DNA of 50,277 nt from a virus: the IMG/VR virus record IMGVR_UViG_3300037478_000184, positions 1 through 50,277 of that record; one strand, 5' to 3'. How positions within the stretch are numbered: position 1 is the stretch's first letter; the number at the start of each line of letters is the position of its first letter. A program made the position numbers and the translations under genes. The notes under the pieces were generated by a model, which was given only the letters and a program-made list of their open reading frames with translations, searched no databases and was not told the DNA's origin. Below, piece after piece: positions 31,833 through 39,949 of the stretch.

Positions 31833-34187
31833 TCACATTGCCTCCATGGACAGCACGCCCTGGTAGTAGGTCTCGGCCTCAGCGCGACGACAGTTGTCTA
31901 CGGCCTGGGAGAAGTACTCGGCCTTGAGCTCGATACCGACCCCGAGCCGGCGTTGGCGGATGGCGGTGTAGACCTCGCTCCCGATGCCGGCGAAGGGCGA
32001 CAGCACGACCTCGCCGGGGTTTGTCCACAGGCGGATGCACCGCTCGATTACCGTCAGTTGCAGCGGGCATATGTGCTTCTCGTCGTTCTCACCGCGCGCC
32101 GCGTGGTAGCCGAGCACGTCAGTCTCCCGGATGTCGTGCCACACGCCGGAGGCCCACTGAATCCACTCCTCATTGCTCACGTCGTTATCGACAGGCACGC
32201 GCTGTTTTCCGGGCTTCCTGAACTCCAGCATGTAGTCATTGAGCGCCGGGCTGCTCTCCAGGCTGTCGCGCTTGAACTGGCTGAACTGGAGCCGTTCGCT
32301 CTTGGTGCGGATGGCGGCAGCTTGGGGGTTCTTGGGGACCACGAACTCGCCGTAGTAGAGGAAGCCGGCCCCCTCCATCGCCTCGATGACTGCGCCCCGA
32401 AAGTCACGGATGCCCTTCCGCCCGTGGCGGGCGCGGAACGCCACCAGTTGAGCCAAGTGGAGCGCCACGACACGCCCTGGCCTCATAACACGGAGGAGTG
32501 CGTCCGCGAAGTGTTGGAAGTGCAGGCTGAACTCGGCGTCGCCCGTGTCCGAGCAATTCCCCATGTCAGCGGTCTCGCTCGAGTAGGTGAACAGCGAGGC
32601 GAAGGGCGGCGAGAATACTGCCATGTCCACGGACTCCGGCTCCATGTCCCCCATGACCTCGATCGAGTCGCCGTGGGTCAGGCGGAAGTGCTCCGTCTCG
32701 ACCGGCTCCGTCCGCTCCGGCACATCGGTATACGTCTCCATGCGTTGTCCCGTCCGATAGGCGTTTAGGTCGCTCTCCAGTGCGCGCACAAACTCGGCCT
32801 CTTGGCGCGCGGCATCTTCCTTCCATCGTTCCGCTTTGACCTCCAGCGTCCGCACCACGCCGACCTCTTCCGGGGTGGTGAGCATGTAGGCCTCCAGGCG
32901 CCCGCTCCTGCCTTGGCGGTGGGCCCTCCTGACGGCCTGGTGGAACGCCTCGTAGCTCTCGTCGTAACCGGCGAAGATCATTCGGCGGGCGGCCTGGAGG
33001 TTGACGCCGTGCCCGATGACGGAAGGCTTGCTCACCAGCACGCCCAGATCCCCCGCCTGGAACGCCCGCACATGGGCCACCCGCTCGGCGTCGGGGGTTG
33101 TGCCGGCAATCTGGGCGACGCGCACGCCCCGGCCTCGTAGGTGGGCCTCGATCGCGTCGGCGTGGGCGTTGCGGATCGCCCACACGATCGTCGGGCCGTC
33201 GATCAGGCCCGCGACCGCGTCCAGCCTCTCCGGGGCGTTGTACAGAGAGGAGCGCAGCCTGGCGCGCGTGCTCATGTCGAGCGCGCCAGCGGGCGTACCG
33301 AACAGATCGCGCTCCACGTCCACCTCACCGACGCTGGACAGGTCCACGTAGCGGAGTGTGTACTCTTGGTCCGGCAAGGCGGAGCACGGCATCCCGTAGG
33401 CGGCGGGGTCGCTCATCCAGAGCGCGAACCGTGCGAGCCACTTGGGCAGGGCCGCCTTGGCGTGCCCCTTCACCCGCCATTCCCGTCCGTCGCGCACGAA
33501 GAAGCGCGCCCGGAACTCGGCGTCCGAGCGCATGTAGCCGAGCCACGTGGCGTGGGTCGCGTATTCGGTGGGATCGTTCGGGGCCGGCGTCGCAGACAGA
33601 GCCAGCCGATAGGGCACTGGGCGGCACGAGCGTACGAGGCTCTGCGCGATTGCCCCGTCTCCGCTCTTGAGGATCGACGACTCATCGAGCACGAACGCCG
33701 CAACAGACGACAGGTCACGGTCCCGCACGAAGGCATGGTGAGTCACGAGCGCCACGCCGGCCGGAGCCGCAAGCCACGCATCCACGTCGGCGGTCTCCGC
33801 CAACTGCACGGGGACGCCGGGGAAGAACTTGGCCCGCTCGTTCTCGAACTCGTGCAGGGCTGCCAGCGGCGCGCATATCATAGCAGGCCGCCCGGCACGG
33901 ACGTGCTCGATCCACGCGAGCGCGATACTCGTCTTACCGAGCCCGCATTCCAGAAACAGAGCCGCGCGCTGGCGCGCTACGGCGAAGGTGGTGGCGAATC
34001 TCTGATACTCGTGCAGGTGGGGCGCATGGGCGGTGACCGCGACAGATGTCTCGATATCCGCGCCGCCCCACGACGGCAGAATCGCATGATCGCCCTCGAA
34101 CCGTACGCCCGGCGTGGCTTTCGCCCGCAGGAATGCGCCGTAGTCGGTCCGGACCTCCACGCGCCGCTCGGCTCCGTTCACGGTCAC
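31833..34187 (-). CDS. SNF2/DEAD-like helicase fused to a beta-class N6-adenine/N4-cytosine DNA methyltransferase (784 aa)
   Basis: Helicase motifs ECGLGKTS, FVLDESS, LSATP and QAVRRAHRQGR. MTase motif IV is FSPPF and motif I is VLSPFAGIGSE. GTG 34187 has a GGAGGTGG SD. Confidence 0.85.
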   Translation of the reverse strand: MTVNGAERRVEVRTDYGAFLRAKATPGVRFEGDHAILPSWGGADIETSVAVTAHAPHLHEYQRFATTFAVARQRAALFLECGLGKTSIALAWIEHVRAGRPAMICAPLAALHEFENERAKFFPGVPVQLAETADVDAWLAAPAGVALVTHHAFVRDRDLSSVAAFVLDESSILKSGDGAIAQSLVRSCRPVPYRLALSATPAPNDPTEYATHATWLGYMRSDAEFRARFFVRDGREWRVKGHAKAALPKWLARFALWMSDPAAYGMPCSALPDQEYTLRYVDLSSVGEVDVERDLFGTPAGALDMSTRARLRSSLYNAPERLDAVAGLIDGPTIVWAIRNAHADAIEAHLRGRGVRVAQIAGTTPDAERVAHVRAFQAGDLGVLVSKPSVIGHGVNLQAARRMIFAGYDESYEAFHQAVRRAHRQGRSGRLEAYMLTTPEEVGVVRTLEVKAERWKEDAARQEAEFVRALESDLNAYRTGQRMETYTDVPERTEPVETEHFRLTHGDSIEVMGDMEPESVDMAVFSPPFASLFTYSSETADMGNCSDTGDAEFSLHFQHFADALLRVMRPGRVVALHLAQLVAFRARHGRKGIRDFRGAVIEAMEGAGFLYYGEFVVPKNPQAAAIRTKSERLQFSQFKRDSLESSPALNDYMLEFRKPGKQRVPVDNDVSNEEWIQWASGVWHDIRETDVLGYHAARGENDEKHICPLQLTVIERCIRLWTNPGEVVLSPFAGIGSEVYTAIRQRRLGVGIELKAEYFSQAVDNCRRAEAETYYQGVLSMEAM

Positions 34188-34211
34188 CTTGCCACCTCCA
34201 GGATAAGGGTG

Positions 34212-34240
34212 TTGACACAACTAAGCGTATTGCTTAGTAT
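34212..34240 (+). promoter_or_regulatory. Near-consensus sigma70 promoter: TTGACA, 17 nt, TAGTAT
   Basis: -35 at 34212-34217, -10 at 34235-34240, about 40 nt upstream of ATG 34281. Confidence 0.6.
34221..34237. promoter_or_regulatory. Palindrome CTAAGC-N5-GCTTAG in the promoter spacer; candidate operator
   Basis: Perfect 6-bp arms read directly; the right arm overlaps the -10 box. Confidence 0.5.
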
Positions 34241-34280
34241 GGTAGGGAGAACACGAGGCGGCACCCGAACCGAGAGAGCG

Positions 34281-34703
34281 ATGAGACACCTGACCGATGC
34301 AGAGCGCGAGCGGTGGATGGACGGAACCCAGAAGCAGGCGACGACGGTGCAGGAAGCCGTGAGCGCCGGAGATGCGCGCTGTGACTCCTGCGAGGCCCCA
34401 GCGGTCGCCATCGGGCACAGCGGAACCGGGCTCCCGTGTGAGGGTGGCATGTGGGCCGTGCTTCATGGCGCATCTGAATGCCGAGCGCGCCGAACGCCCG
34501 AGCCGAGAAGCCTTGATGGCGCGCGTGGGCGCGTGACCGCCGACGAATACCGGACGCTCCGCGAGCGCATCGGCACGCAGGCCGATGTGGCCGAGCGGCT
34601 TGGCGTCCACGCCATGACCGTCAGCAGGCGCGAGCGCGGCGTGCTGCCCGTGACGGATGAGGCGGCAATCGCCTTGCGCTGCCTCGTTGAGCACGCGGCG
34701 TAG
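34281..34703 (+). CDS. Helix-turn-helix (XRE-type) regulator with Cys-rich N-domain (140 aa), opposite strand
   Basis: C-terminal part of ORF 33141..34703. MRHLTDAERERW...CDSCEAP...PCEGG...ASEC, then EYRTLRERIGTQADVAERLGVHAMTVSRRERG. Confidence 0.8.
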   Translation: MRHLTDAERERWMDGTQKQATTVQEAVSAGDARCDSCEAPAVAIGHSGTGLPCEGGMWAVLHGASECRARRTPEPRSLDGARGRVTADEYRTLRERIGTQADVAERLGVHAMTVSRRERGVLPVTDEAAIALRCLVEHAA

Positions 34704-34708
34704 GTCGC

Positions 34709-34993
34709 TCATGCCCCCCGCCTCCGCCGCCAAATCCGCCGCCCGGTGTACGGCGTGTAGAGCCCTTCCGCGATCGCATACTCAATCGTCGCGTCGAGAA
34801 GCCGGACCTGGCGGCGCCAGTCGGCCACGCGCGCCGAGATGATCGCGTCGGCCGTGGGCCCGTCGTAGTGCGCGCCGTTGCGCTTGCCGCGCCGCTCCTG
34901 CTGCATCGCGCTCACGCGGCCCATGCACGCGGCGGCGTCGCGCACGATCTTGCGGTCGGGGGGTGAGAGGCGGCGGTAGGTGAGGGGGGTCAC
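34709..34993 (-). CDS. Hypothetical basic protein (94 aa)
   Basis: GTG 34993 overlaps the dcm TGA: VTPLTYRRLSPPDRKIVRDAAACMGRV... Confidence 0.65.
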   Translation of the reverse strand: MTPLTYRRLSPPDRKIVRDAAACMGRVSAMQQERRGKRNGAHYDGPTADAIISARVADWRRQVRLLDATIEYAIAEGLYTPYTGRRIWRRRRGA

Positions 34994-36273
34994 GGGGTGG
35001 CCTCGATAAGGCGGCGCCCGATCCAGAATGCCACGTTCACCGTGACCGCGTTGCCGAGTTGCCGGTAACGGGCCGAGTCGCTGAGCTCGACGCGGTTGCC
35101 GTCCTCGTCTACGCCCCACTCGTTCCAGTTGCGCGGAAATCCTTGCAGTGACTCGCATTCACGCGGCGTAAGCCTGCGGGGGATGGCCCCGAACACGTTC
35201 CGCACGCCGGGGTTGTTGCCAGCCGTCGCTCCACCGCTCCGGTACATCTCGGCGGTGATGGTCTGGGCGAGCAAGAAGTGTTGCTGCTGGGCCGACTCGC
35301 CCCGGTCACCGGCGTAGGAGCCGATCACTTGGCCGTCGCCGTTTTCGAGCCGGAGCTCGGATCGGCTGTTCTGGGTGAACGCCACGGCTTCGGGGGGAGC
35401 AACGATTGTATCCGTGCCCTCGTGGGGATCGCCCCGGTACTTCGTGGGCAAGGCGTGGGCGACCAGCACGTCAGCCTCGTTCTTGAGACCGGACGGGCGG
35501 CGCGCGTTGCCGCTGTCGAGGGTGGCGGCTACCCCGTGCTGCTTGCTCGCCTGGAGCGTGTACATCGGGTCGCCCGGCTGGCCTATCCCGTCTCCGTCTC
35601 GGTAGCCGTCGCCCGATGTTCGAGCGCCGATTTCAAGGAGGGGGGAAGGTCCTTGCCGCGCTTCTCGGCTCGGCGCAGGATGCCCCGACATGCCTTCGGG
35701 CTCAAGTAGTACTTCGGGTCGACACGGGGCTCGAGAACATCCGACAACGAAGACACGGCGGCGTCTCTGGGGTGGGCCGAAAAACTGTGTGTCCAGCACG
35801 CGCCAGGCGCACCACCGGAGAGGCCCCACGCAGACCCCGGCCTCTCGCCATCCGTTCTCCGGGGCGGCAGGGCGAAATCCGGTGAACCCCTCCAGGACCA
35901 CAGCGAAGTCCTCTCCGCCGTTGCTGGACAGCATTCCAGGGACGTTTTCGAGGACCAGCCAGTCGGGAGCGAGCGAATCAGAGATGCGTATTGCCTCGAC
36001 GAACAGCCCGGATCGTTCGCCGCCCAAGCCTTTACGGCGTCCAGCCACGGATAGGTCTTGGCAGGGGCTACCGAAGGCGAGAACATCGACGTCTGGCAGC
36101 TCATCAGGGTTCACCTCGCTCACGTCGCGCCACTTGGGCACGTTCGGGTAATGGCGCCGCAGGACGCTCACGCAGTGATCATCGATCTCGCACTGGAACG
36201 CGCACTCCATACCGGCCCGCTCGAATCCGAGCCCGAAGCCCTCGATTCCGGAGAACAGCGTGCCGAACCTCAT
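34990..36273 (-). CDS. dcm: DNA (cytosine-5)-methyltransferase (427 aa)
   Basis: Motif I FSGIEGFGLG, motif IV GSPCQDLS, motif VI LENVPG, motif VIII QRRRRVFVVG, then RECESLQGFP and motif X QLGNAVTVNV. Confidence 0.9.
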   Translation of the reverse strand: MRFGTLFSGIEGFGLGFERAGMECAFQCEIDDHCVSVLRRHYPNVPKWRDVSEVNPDELPDVDVLAFGSPCQDLSVAGRRKGLGGERSGLFVEAIRISDSLAPDWLVLENVPGMLSSNGGEDFAVVLEGFTGFRPAAPENGWREAGVCVGPLRWCAWRVLDTQFFGPPQRRRRVFVVGCSRAPCRPEVLLEPEGMSGHPAPSREARQGPSPLLEIGARTSGDGYRDGDGIGQPGDPMYTLQASKQHGVAATLDSGNARRPSGLKNEADVLVAHALPTKYRGDPHEGTDTIVAPPEAVAFTQNSRSELRLENGDGQVIGSYAGDRGESAQQQHFLLAQTITAEMYRSGGATAGNNPGVRNVFGAIPRRLTPRECESLQGFPRNWNEWGVDEDGNRVELSDSARYRQLGNAVTVNVAFWIGRRLIEATP

Positions 36274-36362
36274 GCCCACCACCGCTTCGCCGAGTCCGGC
36301 AACTCCGGCAGAAAGCCCAGGATCGCCACGAGCAGCCGCAGGACGGCGAGCAGGAGGGTCAC
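36270..36362 (-). CDS. Micro-ORF, 30-aa hydrophobic peptide, translationally coupled on both sides
   Basis: Own translation (V)TLLLAVLRLLVAILGFLPELPDSAKRWWA. GTGA overlap upstream and ATGA overlap with dcm; GC3 28/30. Confidence 0.5.
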   Translation of the reverse strand: MTLLLAVLRLLVAILGFLPELPDSAKRWWA

Positions 36363-36499
36363 GGCTCGACTCCCGTCTCAGGCTCGCCCAACGGCACGTC
36401 GTAGCTCACCGTGCCCTCGCAGCGCAACCCGTAGGCGCCGAACCAGTAGCCCGCGAGCGCAGCCAGGGCGGCGGTCAGGACGTAGGCGCCGAGGCTCAT
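36359..36499 (-). CDS. Small membrane protein (46 aa)
   Basis: MSLGAYVLTAALAALAGYWFGAYGLRCEGTVSYDVPLGEPETGVEP; ATGA overlap upstream. Confidence 0.6.
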   Translation of the reverse strand: MSLGAYVLTAALAALAGYWFGAYGLRCEGTVSYDVPLGEPETGVEP

Positions 36500-36771
36500 G
36501 GCTGGCGCTCCAACCATGTGACCTCGACCAGCCCCCAAGCGCGTGGTCTGCGACACGCCATGTAGTCGACTGCGTCCGCATGCGTTCGACCGTCGTCGCT
36601 CTTGTTCGCCGGGCACTCCGGGTCTATGCAGAGCCCATCGACCCATCCCTCGCCCACATCGTAGGCGGTCACGTACCGTTGCCCGACACCATCGAGGAAG
36701 ACCCTGATTGGGGAAGGCGGCAATCCGTCCCTGCAGACATCCCAGCGGCGCGGCGGGGGCTCGACGCTCAT
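36496..36771 (-). CDS. Hypothetical protein (91 aa)
   Basis: MSVEPPPRRWDVCRDGLPPSPIRVFLDGVGQRYVTAYDVGEGWVDGLCIDPECP... Confidence 0.75.
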   Translation of the reverse strand: MSVEPPPRRWDVCRDGLPPSPIRVFLDGVGQRYVTAYDVGEGWVDGLCIDPECPANKSDDGRTHADAVDYMACRRPRAWGLVEVTWLERQP

Positions 36772-37085
36772 CCCCCACCCCTTTTTTGACTGACGGCGTA
36801 TTCCGCCGGCGCCCCGCTGACCACGACCGCCACCGGCTTCGAACCCGGCAACAGCCGCCCACGCAGCGCGCTAGCCTCGTCGGACAGCACCTCGCGCATC
36901 AGGCCCAGCTCGGTCGCCTTAGCTCGGCACACGCCCGCGAGTCCGTCGAGGCCCTTGGCGGCAGTCTCGAGCGCGCTCAGTCGTGCGGCGGCGCGCTCCA
37001 GGTCGTCGATGATCTCGGCCATGTCGGCATCGACGGAGTCGGCCAGCGTGCGGACGGCGGTGGCGGTTCTGGGCTCACTCGGCAT
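36768..37085 (-). CDS. Hypothetical helical protein (105 aa)
   Basis: MPSEPRTATAVRTLADSVDADMAEIIDDLERAAARLSALE... Confidence 0.75.
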   Translation of the reverse strand: MPSEPRTATAVRTLADSVDADMAEIIDDLERAAARLSALETAAKGLDGLAGVCRAKATELGLMREVLSDEASALRGRLLPGSKPVAVVVSGAPAEYAVSQKRGGG

Positions 37086-37413
37086 CGGGGGCCTCCGTGG
37101 AATTGGATGCGACTACTTCGTCCAGGGCGCTCACGCTCACCGCACCCGCGAGCACGTAGAGCGCATCAGCCACGTCCCTGCGGTCGAGGTTCACGAGGAC
37201 ATCGACTGGCGATTGATCGTGCGAGCTTCTCACGCAGAAGCGGAACCGATCTTCGGGCACCGGGGCATCGCCGTGGTTGTCGCCGCAGCAAAAGAAGGAC
37301 GCGAAGCCATCCGACGCGATCCGAGCATAAGGAGCACACGGTAGGCCGCGCGGGCACCCCTGTGGAGTGGACACGGCACCATCGTGGATGCGGGGGCCCG
37401 TGGGGTCAGGCAT
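37075..37413 (-). CDS. Hypothetical protein (112 aa)
   Basis: ORF 37075..37782 trimmed to ATG 37413: MPDPTGPRIHDGAVSTPQGCPRGLPCAPYARIASDGFASFFCCGDNHG... Confidence 0.65.
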   Translation of the reverse strand: MPDPTGPRIHDGAVSTPQGCPRGLPCAPYARIASDGFASFFCCGDNHGDAPVPEDRFRFCVRSSHDQSPVDVLVNLDRRDVADALYVLAGAVSVSALDEVVASNSTEAPDAE

Positions 37414-38443
37414 CGTCCTCTCTCTCCCACGCGTCCGCGATCTTGCGAAGCAGGAGTGCTGGCGAGATTGGGCCGCGCATGATGGCGCTAGGACTCCCCG
37501 GCGCATCGAACCAGTCGGCCCACGCACGGAGCCCCGAAGGTGTGGGCATCGTCGTGTCACCGAACCGCTTCCACGCCCATTCGAGCACGGCCAGCGGGCG
37601 ATCCTCCCAATTGACCCACTCGGACAGATCCTCCAGCCACGCCACGAATGCTTCGAGGTCGGCTTCCGTGGGGCGCGCCGTGGGCTCCGGCTTCTCGCGG
37701 GCTCCCTCCTGACCACCGACGATGGCCTCGATCCAATCCGGGGCCGTGTGGTAGCCGAGTGCCGCGTAGGCCGTGGCGGCAAGGTAGTTCAGGTCGGCCT
37801 CGTTAAAACCGAACACGACCTCCGGCTTCCATGCTGTGCGGATGTGGAAGCACCACCTCTCGTTCGGCGCACCTTCGATGGACTCCAGAAGTCGCCCGAT
37901 CTTCCAGACGCGCGAGTGACCGCCGACCTCCGATCCGTCGAGCATGTAGCGGCTCAGGTCCAGGATCGTTTCGCAACGGTGGCCGGGTAGGTCCAGCGCC
38001 TCCACCAGCTCGCTCTCGACGGGCCGGGCTGAAGTGGCCGCACCCACGGCCCTCCCGACGGCGTTGACGATCTCCTGGTCACCGACCCCTGGATTAGACC
38101 GCCAGAAGGGGGCGAGAGCGCCGCGAATGACCCGGCGGAAACGGGCGGCTTCACTGACCACCTTTTGCACCGCACCTTCGCTCTCGACGGGCCGGGTGGG
38201 CTCGGCGTCCATGGGCTCGAAGTTGGCCTCGAAGTAGTCGCGGGAGACGAGCCATTTGTCGTCGTGGTTGGCTGGGTTCCGTGCGATCATGTCGCCCGGC
38301 TTCGGGGAGCCGTCCCTGTGATCTTCTGGGCTTAAAGAGACGCGCGACATATCCGTCTCCGGCGTCCACGGAGCCAACTCTGCGGTCTTCCTTCTATGGT
38401 ACTGGCGGAACTCGCTCGCGCTATACTCCGGGGTGTCAGACAT
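37406..38443 (-). CDS. Hypothetical protein (345 aa)
   Basis: Ordinary composition, Trp-rich C-terminal half; no motif recognised. Confidence 0.8.
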   Translation of the reverse strand: MSDTPEYSASEFRQYHRRKTAELAPWTPETDMSRVSLSPEDHRDGSPKPGDMIARNPANHDDKWLVSRDYFEANFEPMDAEPTRPVESEGAVQKVVSEAARFRRVIRGALAPFWRSNPGVGDQEIVNAVGRAVGAATSARPVESELVEALDLPGHRCETILDLSRYMLDGSEVGGHSRVWKIGRLLESIEGAPNERWCFHIRTAWKPEVVFGFNEADLNYLAATAYAALGYHTAPDWIEAIVGGQEGAREKPEPTARPTEADLEAFVAWLEDLSEWVNWEDRPLAVLEWAWKRFGDTTMPTPSGLRAWADWFDAPGSPSAIMRGPISPALLLRKIADAWEREDDA

Positions 38444-38454
38444 CGGGATTCACC

Positions 38455-38679
38455 TCAGCCTGTGGCATCTTCGGCCTCCGGTGGCTCGGGGAGCGGTTGC
38501 CAGTGGGTCGCGCGGCGAGGGAGACTACCAGTCCCCACTATAAGCATCGGGCCGAGGCTGTACCGATCCATGTGATGGGCCGGGTAGAACAACAACACTT
38601 TCTCGCCCTTCGGCGCCGTCTTGATTGGCCTCCAGCCGCGGGCGTCCGGGCCGTCGTCGAGTAGGCGTGGGGGCTTCAT
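38455..38679 (-). CDS. DUF551-like small phage protein (74 aa)
   Basis: GWRPIKTAPKGEKVLLFY...ATHWQPLPEPP matches the DUF551 pattern (from memory). Confidence 0.7.
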   Translation of the reverse strand: MKPPRLLDDGPDARGWRPIKTAPKGEKVLLFYPAHHMDRYSLGPMLIVGTGSLPRRATHWQPLPEPPEAEDATG

Positions 38680-39008
38680 ATCGCCTTACCGCCGTGCCGG
38701 TGGCCGCGCTGGCGGTTCTTCTTCAACTTCGCCCGCACCTCCGTGTCCATGTCGATCCCGAGCCCGCCGGCCAGGTCCAGCACCCGGATCAGCACGTCAG
38801 CCAACTCCTCAGCGACGTTCTCGCGGTCGCCTGCCCGGAAGCCCTCAAGGGCCTCGCTCACCTCGGAGTGGATGAGGCAGAGCAGCGTCGGGATATGCCG
38901 CTCGTCGTCCCACGCCTCCGGGGTCGCGACCTTCCAGCCGTTCGCCCGGTTGATCTTCAAGATTTCCGCCGCCAGATCGTTCAGCGGGTACGGGTTTTCA
39001 TATCCCAT
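38676..39008 (-). CDS. MazG-like nucleoside triphosphate pyrophosphohydrolase (110 aa)
   Basis: LIHSEVSEALEGFRAGD...AEELADVLIRVLDLAGGLGIDMDTEVRAKLKKNRQRGHRHGGK. Confidence 0.85.
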   Translation of the reverse strand: MGYENPYPLNDLAAEILKINRANGWKVATPEAWDDERHIPTLLCLIHSEVSEALEGFRAGDRENVAEELADVLIRVLDLAGGLGIDMDTEVRAKLKKNRQRGHRHGGKAI

Positions 39009-39234
39009 AGTCGTCTCCTCTCAGGTCATGGAGCGGGCGCGTGGCCGGATTCTCACCGGCCTGGGGTCGGTCAGCCCTCGCGTCAGGTCGCTTCCAGGGT
39101 TGCGCCCTGGCCGCACGCGCCGTCTGTCCATCAATGTCCGTCACTGCATGCCAGCCGCCGGGCTCGACCCCGGGCACCTCGTGTGCTCTCTCGTCGTGCT
39201 CACCACGAGGGCGCCTGCGCTGGCGGGGGATCAC
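38998..39234 (-). CDS. Possible small Arg-rich protein (78 aa)
   Basis: Fills an otherwise 222-nt gap. GTGA overlap upstream and 11-nt overlap with the MazG start, but GC3 is only about 70 percent. Confidence 0.3.
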   Translation of the reverse strand: MIPRQRRRPRGEHDERAHEVPGVEPGGWHAVTDIDGQTARAARAQPWKRPDARADRPQAGENPATRPLHDLRGDDYGI

Positions 39235-39863
39235 GTGTGATAGTCCACGGTCACGGCGAGCCAACGGTCGTCCGTCGCCGGGAGTTGTGCCCTGCCCTGG
39301 CGGTAGTCGTCGTACATGGCGAGCGCGTGACGGATCGTGCGGTCCCACGTCGTGCGGAGATGGTTCACGCCATTCCAGAAGTCTTCGCAAGCCATCCATT
39401 TGGCCTCCAGCCGCTCCGGGTCCCGCCAATGCGGGCCCGCGATAATGACGCGCACACACTCCATGTCCCGAGGCACCTCGACCAGCGGCGAAATGTCGCC
39501 CACCATGCGGTCGCCCGAATGCTCGAACAGCGGACACGTCTCCAGCGTCGATTCCGGGAACCACTCCCGCCACAAGGAATCGACCGCCGGTATCTGGCTG
39601 GCTGGCTGGAGGGACTGCTTGCCCGCTGTTACGCCAGACACCGTGACCTTACGGCGCGCCAGTTCCGCCATGAACGCCTGCACTCGCTCGCGGTCCAACT
39701 TGGCCTGTTCTTTGCGCCCACTGTAGCGGCCCCCGATCACCCACCAGTCCCAGAACGCGCCGCTGTTTTCTTCGTCGCCCTCGTAGAACGGCTTCATGAT
39801 CTCGCCTACCGCACTCTCGGGATTATCGGTCGGGGGCATGATGACTTCGCAATGGAAATGCAC
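39231..39863 (-). CDS. Hypothetical protein (210 aa)
   Basis: GTG 39863 with AGGAG 5 nt upstream: (V)HFHCEVIMPPTDNPESAVGEIMKPFYEGDEENSGAFWDWWVIGGRYSG... Confidence 0.75.
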   Translation of the reverse strand: MHFHCEVIMPPTDNPESAVGEIMKPFYEGDEENSGAFWDWWVIGGRYSGRKEQAKLDRERVQAFMAELARRKVTVSGVTAGKQSLQPASQIPAVDSLWREWFPESTLETCPLFEHSGDRMVGDISPLVEVPRDMECVRVIIAGPHWRDPERLEAKWMACEDFWNGVNHLRTTWDRTIRHALAMYDDYRQGRAQLPATDDRWLAVTVDYHT

Positions 39864-39890
39864 CTCATCTCCTCGTCTCGTGTGAATGAA

Positions 39891-39918
39891 TCCCCGGGGG
39901 GAGGGCGGCGCCCCCGGG
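39891..39918 (-). terminator. GC hairpin CCCCGGGGG-N10-CCCCCGGGG between two genes
   Basis: 9-bp perfect stem read directly; no clear T-run. Confidence 0.3.
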
Positions 39919-39949
39919 GTGCTTCTCTCGCGTCCGCCCACGCGGTCCA

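Noticed and set aside
34218-34220. TTG at 34220 as the start of the helicase-methyltransferase (as in the ORF track)
   Set aside because: It lies inside the -35/spacer of the opposite-strand promoter and has no SD. GTG 34187 is preceded by GGAGGTGG at ideal spacing.
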